NCBI RefSeq assembly: GCF_018350175.1
Contig: NC_058368.1
Span: 123,692,001 to 123,756,000 of the forward strand
Origin: Felis catus
Taxonomy: Eukaryota
DNA length: 64,000 nucleotides
Reading direction: 5' to 3'
The position numbers and the translations under genes were made by a program. Below are positions 53,211 to 64,000 of this stretch, piece by piece. Positions within the stretch are counted from its first letter, which is position 1. The number at the start of each line of letters is the position of its first letter. The notes below the pieces were generated by a model. That model was not told where the DNA came from. It made no database searches and worked only from the letters and a program-made list of their open reading frames with translations.

Positions 53211-54487
53211 AGTGATGAAACAAGCATTCAGTACAATAACTTATTTTCCGTAACTTATTTTTTAAAAGCTCAATAAAGTGAAAAGAATATAGATCAAACA
53301 TGAATGAAATGGAAAACGAAGGAAAAGTCAGATCAACTAACTACATCAGTTTTTGCAGGTTAATGAAATTATTAGTCTTGTTAAAGGCTTACGAAAAAAA
53401 GAAAAACACAAATACATCAAATTATTAAACTGTTAACAAGATACCACCTCTATCTCTGGGCTAAATCTTATCAGAAACTCAGAGATACTAAGTAACTCAA
53501 GAGTACACAGCTTGTGGGTATGCACTAGGGCAAATAACCACTATTACACAGGTGGTAAGCAGGGGAGCCAGCATTTCAACAAAAAGTTCCTCTTCTTTTC
53601 ACCACATCATACCACTTTTTTTTTAAATTTTTTTATTTTTTTTAGGAAAGGAGTCTAACCACCAGGGTCCCATTTCCCTGCTCTACAAACGAGAAAGAAG
53701 AAAAACATTTTCTTTTAGGTCCCATTCAGTCAAGTTCATGATTATTAGAGACTAAGTTGGTCTACATACAGACAATTGATTTCTTTCAGTAAGACTGGGT
53801 ATGAAGGTGGAATTGCTCTGTGTGACCTAGGATACATCTGAATCTACTACACGTGGGCTGACTGAGCCATCCTAAAGTCTAAGTATACTTTGCTGTAAAC
53901 TACAGAAGAGAAATGTGAAACTTCAGCAAAACTTACAAGAAAAATAAACAGTGAGGGAACTGCTTCTAGGGGTTCATGGTTTACCAAAAGGTAGTGGGTA
54001 AAACCCTTATGTAAAAAATATTTTCCCTTTCAAAAAGAAAAAAAAAATCCAGCATATGTAAATTTAACTATGTTTGTGTATTTTCTACATATAGTATACT
54101 TGAGTGTAACAAGTAAGTCTACAGTTACTTTCGTGAAATGTGCCTCTACACACCCTTTCATTTTCTCCTTTTAGCAGTCCTAGGTTAAAAGTAAATAAAA
54201 ACTTTTTGGCTCTTTACTATTTTGTGTTACTTGCGCAGTTTATAGAAAGTTGTATTCATTCCAAACTTAAGGAATGTTCTTTATTTGGTGTCCAATTAAG
54301 TTTGAACAAAATACATGGGGAGGAGAGAGGGATACAGTATTTTTCTTGCTTTCTTTGCAAACAGGTGTTGCATGTTCTTTCCAGAATCACATGAAAAATC
54401 CTCCTGCTAATTGACACGTTATATGTTACATTTGAACAGAAGTTTTCTTCCCCTCCTTTAAAAAGATCATTAGATGTCCATAAGTAA

Positions 54488-55110
54488 AGGGTCACTGGGT
54501 GGCCCAGTTGGTTAGGTGTCCAACTCTTGATTTCAGCTCAGGTCATGATCCTACAGTTCATGGGATCAAGCTCAGCAACAGGCTCCATGATGACAGCACA
54601 GAGACTGCTTGAGATCCTGTCTCAACCTCTCTCTGCCCCTCCCCTGCTCACTCACTCTCAAAATAAAAATAAACAAATGTTTAAAACAAAATGTCCAAAA
54701 GTAAAGAGAATCATTCAAAATTTCTCCAACAAGTGAAACTAGTAAGTTTGCAGGTAAGATGGATGGTTTCTTCTACAGATTCAATGCACCCCTTCCTAAT
54801 TATTACTCCTCATCATTTGACAAATGTTTCATGTCTAGCACACAGCTAGACTCATATAGCTGACACTCAAGAGAGAATGAAGACAAAAGAATATCTGGGG
54901 GTGCCTGGGTGGCTCAATTAGTTGAGCATCCAACTTCAGCTCAGGTCATGATCTCACAGATCGTGAGTTCAAGCTTTGGATTGGGCTCACTACTGTCAAT
55001 GCAGAGCCTGCTTTAGATCCTCTGTTCCCCATCCCTCTCTGCCCCTCCCCCACTTACACACGTGCTCTCTCTCGATCTCTCTCTCAAAAATAAATATTAA
55101 AAAAAGAAAA
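54488..55110 (+). mobile_element. Two Can-SINEs (54488-54685 and 54897-55110)
   Basis: SINE heads, CT tracts and A tails. Confidence 0.9.
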
Positions 55111-56815
55111 AAGATGAATATATGAAATTATCAATTATAAAGGGGAGAGGTGAAGCCACGAGATTTTATTAAGATCACTCAGTGAAAGTGACAATAGTCA
55201 TAATCTTGGAAAGAAAACACAAAGTCAACAAAGCCAACTAATACGGAAGGAACTACCAGGAAAACGGGATACAATATGAAAGAAAATATAATGCCAGGAA
55301 AAATGAAGGGGCACTTTAAAAAAATACCAGTAACAGTAGCTACTTTTTAATGAACTCTTACCCTATATCCTGACAGTATGGTACGCGTTGCAGTTTTCTA
55401 ATCTCAATTAACTTGAAAAGGTAAGTACTATTATATCGATTTGAAGATAAAGAAACCTGCCCAAGGCCACAAAGGTTGCAGAATTAGGATTTGAACCCAG
55501 GTCAATGAGGCCACGCACCCACTGAGTTCACCTGGTCTTAACAAATGCCACTTATAAAGAAGCTGAGCAGAAAAAGAACAGACAAGAGGTCACTGACAGA
55601 AGAATTGCCGCACTTGGACTGGGAACACAAAGACTGACAAGATTTAAGAAGTGAAGAGCAAGTGGGTAGAGGTGACCTTTATATGTCCTCTGGACAAAAA
55701 GGAAGGAAAGGGTAACTTGGCCCATACCTTGAAGAACAAATAAGGCAGAAGAAGGCTAACAATTTCTTTTTGTCTGTAGCACAAAAGGTAGGATAGTGAA
55801 CTGAGGTGATAGAATGGGTTGGGGGGGCGGGGGGGGCGGGGGGGGATGCAGAGGGGACTTGACAATATGGATGAATGGACAAAACTAGATCCATGGTAGA
55901 TGGGAGGAAATGAAAGCACAGGTAGACAACAAAGACCATCCAAAACAGGGTCAATTAGAGGTTTTTTTACAAAAAATTTTAAAAGCTTCCTATTTCATTT
56001 GTATTGCTATGCAAAGTAGTCACAAAGCAAGTCCCCTTTGGAGAAGCCACACCTAATTATTAGTTATTGGCTTCACTCTTTCCCTGCGGCCATAATCCCC
56101 TGGCCCTTTGGCCCTGATAGAAAAGTGTAGCAGAGGGGAATAAAGAAGACTAAAACACCGTACACACCTCTATGTATTTGGCACCATACTGAACATCTAA
56201 CATTAATTTTCACTTCATCCTAACAATACTAGAACACAAGCTTCATTAGGTATGGACATTTTTGTTCACTGATATATCCTAAGCACTTAAGTCAATGCTT
56301 ACAACAGGGCAGGCCCTCAACAAATATTGGATGAATGCACAGAGTCACCTTGTAAAACAGGTATTATCATCCTCATTTTAAGGATGAGAGGATGAGTCAG
56401 AAAGGATAAGTAACTTAATTAAAGTCATAGATATAATAAGGGTGAAATTAAAAGTATTTAACAACTAGTGCTGCACCAGCACTGGCCACTCAGGACAGAC
56501 ACCAGCTGGTGCTAAAGCTGGGTTCTGCTTCAATCTTTCAGTTGTGGGATCTTAAAGAGGTCCATAGAAGGGACTAAGACAATGAAGGGACCAGGACAAT
56601 GAAGGGTTGTGGGCTAGAAAAGGTAAGACTCAGATATACACTACTGGCTACCAGCTGTGATAGTAAGTGGTGCATCCAGGTTTCAAAGATGTATTTATTT
56701 AACCCCAAAACCCTCTAAATGAAGTGTGTACCATTTGCTAAAATGTAGTACCATTTGCTAAAAAATGACAGAGCAGAGGACAAATGGAGGTTTTAATAGA
56801 AGAGAAAAACATTTT

Positions 56816-57017
56816 GGGGCATCTGGGTGGCTCCATCAGTTAAGCGCCGACTTCAGCTCAAGTCATGATCTCGCGGTTTGCATGTCGAGGTCTGTGCGGA
56901 CAGCTCAGAGCCTGGAGCCTGCTTCGGATTCTGTGTCTCCCTCTCTCGCTGCCCCTTCCCCACTCATGCTCTATCTCTCTGTGTCACTCAAAAATAAATA
57001 AACATTAAAAAAAAAAC
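56816..57017 (+). mobile_element. Can-SINE
   Basis: TSD agaaaaacatt. Confidence 0.93.
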
Positions 57018-58428
57018 AGAAAAACATTCAAAGCAATTGTAATGGAATAAAGAGACTAATAGGCATAACAACTGCAATGGGAAATGGAATTAGAAATGCA
57101 TTTAAGATTGATCACTAAAAAAAAAAAAAAAAAAGATTCATCACTGAGTTCAATCTGTTGCCAGGAAGTCTAAAAAAAAATAGGATGATCCAACGAAAGT
57201 AGGGTAGAGGGAACTGAAAAATAACAGAAATATGAATGAGCAAAACAAAACTGCAGTATAAGGATGTTTTGTTCCAGGTCAGTAATTTAGATACGTCTCA
57301 ATAAGAAATGAAAAATCATAAAAAATTTAAAAATGTTTTTAAAAATAATAAATAAAAATAAAAATAAATGAAAAGTCAGCATTGGCTTTGATCAAGAAAC
57401 GCCTGGGTGAAAGCTGTACTGCAGGAAGATGAGTTTATGCAAAGTAGAGGTGGAAAAGGGGAAGAGCTCTGAGTCAGGCAGGAGGGATCAGTGATAGAAC
57501 TGTATGTTTGGGCATGATTCACAGAGAGGGCACGTGAAGTACCCAGGGCCACGAGTTCAAAGAACAGTGCACCCTCAGCTTTTAGAGACACCTGCGCTCT
57601 GGTCACCAGCTTAAAGTGACCACATCTCTGTGGCTGACGGTTTTACTATAAAAAGTACTCAGTTATCTTGCTGGGTTTTGTTTTGTACTTAAGTTGGGAC
57701 AAAGGGGAGAAAAAGCAGTTTGGATATCTAAGTGACATTTACAAAAGAATTTTACTTTCTGTGCTTTTCTGTCACTAACGACCTATAATATACTCAACCC
57801 TGGAGTCTCTTCATTCATTAAGATACTTAAAATAAATGTGTGTATATATTTAAACAGCTTTTAAAAAAAAAAAAATACCCAGAACTATAAGGACAGGTTA
57901 TTTTAATATGGACTCAGATTTCTGCACACACACACAAAAAAAGTTGGCCTATTTATTTATACACGAACAAAAATAAAAAGCAAGAAGTTGGTCACCTGTT
58001 GTTCCCTTCCCAAAAGGCACACAGTGCCAACTGGCCAGGACCATTAATTCCTTCCACCCTCTCATGGTAACAGCTGTTCCCTTTCTTTTTCAAGCTGGCA
58101 AAGGTCACGGTCAGTAGCACTCTTTCCATGCAGATTTCTATGTTCAAAAGGCAAGGAGATGGTGGACATAATAGGGTATGGGGAGAGACAGCTAATTTTT
58201 TTTCTATGTTACTTTCTCCTGGGCATTTATCACAAATCTGTTTTGGGCTTCTTTGATATTTGAAGCTGTAACTATAATCATTTCTCAGCTGAAAAAAAAT
58301 TATGTTTACATGAAACTGGAATTGGGGATGATATAAGCATTTTGAGAGTTCAAGGCCAAAAACTGTAGCAAAACTGTACAGTAACATTTACATCATTAAT
58401 GGCTCCCTATTTAGAAATGCATTATGTT

Positions 58429-58650
58429 GGGGCATCTGGGTGGCGCAGTCGGTTAAGCGTCCGACTTCAGCCAGGTCACGATCTCGCGGTCCGTGAGTTC
58501 GAGCCCCACGTCGGGCTCTGGGCTGATGGCTCAGAGCCTGGAGCCTGTTTCCGATTCTGTGTCTCCCTCTCTCTCTGCCCCTCCCCCGTTCATGCTCTCT
58601 CTCTGTCCCAAAAATAAATAAAAACGTGGAAAAAAAAATTAAAAAAAAAA
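58429..58650 (+). mobile_element. Young SINEC_Fc-type SINE inserted in an old L1 3' fragment
   Basis: Perfect TSD agaaatgcattatg; L1-like sequence continues to about 58930. Confidence 0.96.
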
Positions 58651-59433
58651 AGAAATGCATTATGCTATGAGAAGAAGCCAGACTCAAAAGGATACATACT
58701 GCATGATTTCATTTATATGACATTATAGGATGGAGAACCAATCAGTGGTTGCCAGAGGTGTAGGAGGTGGGAGGAGTTCACTACAAAAGAGCAGCAAGAA
58801 GAAATTTAGGGTAATAAATCAGTTCTGTATCTTGTGTGGTGGTTACATAACTCTGACGTCTAAATTGTCTCAATTCAAAGAACTGTATCCTTAAAGAGTG
58901 AATTTTGCTATATATAAATTTTGTTTAAGTCTAAATGTTGACTTAAGCCTCATACCCTGTTTCTCTATTCCCCTCACCTGTTCCAAACCTCTTGCCACAC
59001 TGTACATGATGACCCCACCCCTTCCACCTAGCTAACATCTACTCGCCACTCTAGCTTCTATATAACTACTCATGAAATCTTTGGTGTGGCAGGGTGAGGT
59101 CCTGCATAGAACTGGGACTTTTCCACCGAGCTGGGTTTACTTTTGGCATTCTCCCAGTTATTAAACTTAAATGAACATGGGCAAATTACTTACCTATCTA
59201 GCTCAATTTTCTCACATGGTGAATGCAAATAAATACTATTTATATACCTCCCAGAACAGTTGTGAACTAAGAGCCTAGTAATGTGCCTAACATAGCACCT
59301 GGCACATTAAGACAATAAATGCTTATTCCCTGATCTTTCTCCTCTGCCTACTGCCTCTAATGAAAAAGTAATTTTTAACTTGGAAAATGTATCAACACAT
59401 ATACAAGAGGACTTCATGAAGTAACTACCTGTA

Positions 59434-59656
59434 TTTTATTTTTATTTTTTTGTTTATTTATTTATTTTGAGAGAGAGAGAGCCCAAGCACACGTGTGCAA
59501 GTGCGGGAGGAACAGAGGGAGAGGGAGAGAAACAGAATCCCAAGCAGGCTCTGCACTGTCCACACAGAGTCCAATGTGGGATTTGAACCCATGAACCATG
59601 AGATCATGGCCTAAGCCAAAGCTGGACACTTAACCAACTGAGCCACCCAGTTCCCC
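59434..59656 (-). mobile_element. Can-SINE
   Basis: Reverse SINE ending gagccacccagttcccc. Confidence 0.9.
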
Positions 59657-60782
59657 TAACTACATGTGTTTTAGTTATCTTTCTTCAAAGGCTTTTCAAT
59701 AGCCAACAAATTTCACAAAACAGTGTAAGATAGTAAATCAAGGGAAAGATTCCTCTTTGAAGAGGTTCCTCTTTGAAGAGTTTATTTAGTCTTTAAAGAA
59801 ATTATGACCTATAGGGTTCTATCTGGTTTTTATTTAAGCTTTTAAAACAACGCCTCTGTTGTTCAGATGGGAACACATGGTTAATTTACTTCTCTCTCTG
59901 AATTTACAATGAGACTTCCAGTCTCAGCAATCCCATCTACAAACTTCGCTTAACCAACAAAGTCTCTTGTATTAGTAGCTGGTCAACTTCTCCCACTCAG
60001 TGATAAGGTCTATATTCCAAACAATAACAAGTATGTGTTCATTATTATAGTGATTCTTGAATAAAGCTGGTTGGGGGCAGATTTAAAAACCTTTCAGGAG
60101 ACTGCTTTGGCAACTTAAATTGATTTCACCATTTTGGTACAAAATTAGTTATCTCGATGCTCAAAAGATGAGTAAGAAATAATTTAAGAATCAAAACTAT
60201 AAATCAAAAATTTTAAATAAACCAAATAAAATCCAGACCTGAGACCTCACCTGCTTTAACAGTTCACATGTCCCCCTTTAAAAAATGTATCATGTAATGT
60301 AAATCTTAGAAGTATTTATGTGGATCCATCATGTCTAGTCTGAAATTACGGCAAATGGCGAGGATCCAAAAACTAAAAATAGTCATACTAAGATGTGTCT
60401 CTGAAGAAAAATATAAGAACTCTTACTTTGGCAGGAAGTCACCAAAGTGGCATATCTAAATTAGTAAGCTTTGTTTAAGACACACACACACTTTTTTTAA
60501 AATGCACACAAGTCAAAAAAAACTGGTAAAATTCTTTTTTTAATGGTTATGATTACTGCAGTAGCAAATCATATATCCATTTTCCCAAAAATGTATGTTT
60601 GTGCCACTCACATTATTTTATACAGAAGATAAACTGAAGGAGGTACTCCCACCAAGTATTACTTCAAGAGTAAGAGCAAACATTCAATGCTGAAACTACA
60701 CAATAAACAGCAGCTAGTTGGGAAGCAAAAAAAGGACACGCAGACATTAGTTTGTTGAGTGCCTAGTAAGTACTCGGTGCTT

Positions 60783-61178
60783 GGGGCACTGGTTTTGGCT
60801 CGGGTCATGATCTCATGTTTTCATGCATGGATTCAAGCGCCGCATTGGGCTCTGTGCTGACAGTGCACAGCATGCTTGGAATTCTCTCTCTCCCTCTCTC
60901 TCTGCACCTCCCCCACTCACGTGGTCTCTGTCTCTCGCAAAAATAGAGACACCTGGGTGGCTCAGTTGGTTAAGCATACAACTTCAGCTGACATCATGAA
61001 CTCATGGTTCATGAGTTCAAGCTCCACATCAGGCTCCGTGCTGCCAGCTTGGAGTCTGGAGCCTGCTTTGGATTCTGTGTCTCCCTCTCTCTCTGCCCCT
61101 CCCCTGCTTGCACTCTGTCTCTCTCTCTCAAAAAGAAATAAACACTGAAAAAAAAATTTTAATAAACTTTAAAAAAAA
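60783..61178 (+). mobile_element. Two nested/tandem Can-SINEs
   Basis: Outer TSD aagtact(c/a)ggtgctt; second head at about 60947. Confidence 0.9.
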
Positions 61179-61879
61179 AGTACTAGGTGCTTTATTTACA
61201 CAGATTCTCATCCCTAACAAATCTATTAAGTAGACAGTATTCTCTCCATCACACAAGTCAAGAAACTGAAGCTCGGCAGGACTAAATAACCATCTGTGTG
61301 ACCTAAATCAAGAATATATAGCAAAGCAGAATTTTGAAACCAAGTTTATCAGGCTCCACATCCCAAACTCTACCATACTTGGTAACAGTTACTTGGAAAA
61401 CAAGGATACCAAGTAATCCATTCTTCTCAACAAAGAGGGTTCTTTAAGAAGTCCAACTATTCTTACACAGTACCATATATCTAAAAATGGTATTCCTAGG
61501 GGCTCCAGGCTGGCTCAGTCAGTAGAGCATGTGACTCTTGATCTCAGGGTCCTGGGCTCAAGCCCCACATTAGGTGTAAAACCCACCTACCCCCCACCCT
61601 CCCCCTCACCACACACACTTGGGAATTCAGTTGTTTTTTTAAAAAGGTATTCCTGTATCTGGCAAGATCATTCTTCCCCATCCAGCATGTCATAGGTAAC
61701 CACAAGAACCTATTATCCCAGCCTATTAGTGTTTCAGCTGATACCCCTAACTGATCTCCTCCCACTCTCCGAAATGATTCCTAGGGCCAGTGCTTGGAAT
61801 CTTCTCTACTATACTCTCCTTTCTCAGTCCAACATTTTAAAGTAATTACCAATACCCACAATTTCCATTTCTTTACCAA

Positions 61880-63350
61880 ATACCCACTTCTCAGACCACT
61901 CAAATATGGAAACTGCTTTCTTTACATAAGAAAAGGCTATCAATGACATTTGTGTAACTAAACCCACTGGACACCTTACAGACTTTATCTTACTTGACAT
62001 TTCAGGAGAATGTAGACATTGTTACCACTCTCTCCTTGGAGCACTCTCTTCACTGGACTTTCTGGAAACATTCTCCGAGTTATTAGGGTTTCCTCTCAGT
62101 CTTGTGTTCTTCCTTCCTTCCCAACAATCTGAAATGCTGGTGTTTCTTAAAACTCTGTCTGAAACCTTCTCTCCTCACTTTATAACTCCTGCTTGAGATT
62201 TCAATTTTTATGACTTTGACTACCATGAATATGCCAGTGACTCCCCATACTCAGACTACTCCTCAGACTACTCCATTTGTGCAAACAAGGACTTGACTTC
62301 CTCTTCAAAATCTCAAAAGCATCTTAAACATAAGGTGCTCAAAACCAAAATTATTCTCTCTTCTCTACCCCTCTTCCTATATCAGGTCACGTTCTCTCCT
62401 AATGCCCCCCAACTCATTATCCGGCAGCAATTAACATCCATCCGTTAAACAAGACAGAACTTTCAGAACTATCCTTGTTATCTCCCTCTCTATGATTCCC
62501 CACATTCTATGTTTCACCAAAACCTGTCCATTTTGCCTCCCAAATATTTCTTAAATCCATCCACCTTTCTCCATCTGCACCACTCCCTCATTAGTCTTAC
62601 TACCATTATCTCACTTGGACTATTTCTTTCTTTTTTTTTTTTTTTAACATTTTTTAATTTTATTTTGAGAGAGAGACAGAGTGTGAGTGGGGAAGGGGAA
62701 GAGAGAGAGGGAGACACAGAATCCGAAGCAGGCTTCACACTCCAAGCCGTCAGCACAGAGCCCAACACGGGGCTTGAACTCACAGACTGTGAGATCATGA
62801 CCTGAGCCAAAGCCAGACGCCCAACCAACTGAACCCCCCAGGTGCTCCTCACTTGGACTATTTCAACAGCTTCCTAACTCATCTCCCTAAATCCATTCTT
62901 TTCCAGCCCTAATCTATTATTCTACCCTATATCCAAAGTCATCATTTTAAAAGGTTACCCCATGCTTTTATTCAAAACTTTTTTTTTATTATTTTATTTT
63001 TTTAACGTTTATTTATTTTTGAGACAGAGAGAGACAGAGCATGAACTGGGGAGGAGCAGAGAGAAAGGGAGACACAGAATCGGAAGCAGGCTCCAGGCTC
63101 TGAGCTGTCAGCACAGAGCCCGACGCGGGGCTCGAACCCACGGACCGTGAGATCATGACCTGAGCCGAAGTCGGACGCCCAACCGACCAAGCCACCCAGG
63201 CGCCCCTATTCAAAACTTTTTATAAACCTTAACAGTACCCATCTCTCTCCTTTATAGCACTTATTAGTTTATTTTTATATTTATTTGTCTGATTATACAC
63301 ATCTCCTCTAAGAGTGTGGCACACAACATGTGAGGGACAAATACTTGTGG
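61880..63350. mobile_element. L2 fragments interrupted by two minus-strand Can-SINEs (62627-62847 and 62984-63206)
   Basis: L2-like ccattatctcacttggactatttcaacagcttcctaact; SINE TSDs ctcacttggactatttc and tattcaaaacttttt. Confidence 0.8.
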
Positions 63351-64000
63351 AATAGATGACTCCTATGTAATGGAGAATAAATAAGCCTAAGAGAATATAC
63401 AGATAAAGACCCAGCCCTTTTCGGATAAAGAAACTGAAGCTGTGAACATGGGTGATTTACCCTAATTGTAGGTGAAAGAAGTGGAATTCAAACTCAAACC
63501 TGTATGTTTCCAGTGTCCACACACCTAACTTAAAATGCATCCCATAAATCAAAAAAAAAAAATCTCTAAAAACTTTTATATGTTACTAAAAACAAATGGA
63601 AATCATTTCCTATATTGGTAAAATACATTTTTTTTTAAATAAAGTTCTATTGAAACTACAAGGTAAGACACCCTGCATTCTAACTTCTTTAAAATGGAAC
63701 AGTCTGTTTCTCTCTTATTTTGGGTAATTATAAGATGGATGCACAGATATGATTCACATCCTTTATTATACTAAGTATTAATAAGTCTGTATCTCCTAGT
63801 ACATAAACACCTTCTACTGCATTGCATTTAGATAATCCACTGAAATATGTCTATGGCTAGCACCTGTATGAATTGTAAGATTTCATTGTTTGTTCTGATA
63901 GTTCAAAATTTCAAACTCCTCTGCTTTTACTAAGACTTTAACTTAAAAAATACTCGACCAAGTTATAAAGTCTCCCTATCCCAGTATATCATTTGTAATC

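Overview
Mammalian genomic DNA from a carnivore, most likely a felid, judging by about 43 Can-SINE (SINEC_Fc-type) insertions. The whole window lies inside one minus-strand gene, PLPP1 (PPAP2A, lipid phosphate phosphatase 1). Four coding exons are present, each with canonical AG/GT boundaries and compatible phases: two homologous, mutually exclusive versions of exon 2 (48581-48735 and 23445-23596), exon 3 (17636-17916, catalytic C1 motif KYSIGRLRP) and exon 4 (157-214, C2 motif SGH). Exon 1 and the 3' exons lie outside the window. The rest is intron, rich in SINEs, L1/L2/MIR fragments, LTRs, DNA-transposon relics and microsatellites. Almost all other listed ORFs are repeat-derived or chance ORFs. 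I found no evidence of a wholly new biological system. The most interesting signals are (i) the frame-locked exon pair 25 kb apart, with candidate splicing elements and bracketing inverted young SINEs, and (ii) several DNA repair or retrotransposition scars: a 43-bp L1-like insert between 21-bp direct repeats, a palindromic AT-rich tract with long inverted repeats, and poly(A)-only insertions. Repeat family names come from recalled consensus sequences, not from a database search.
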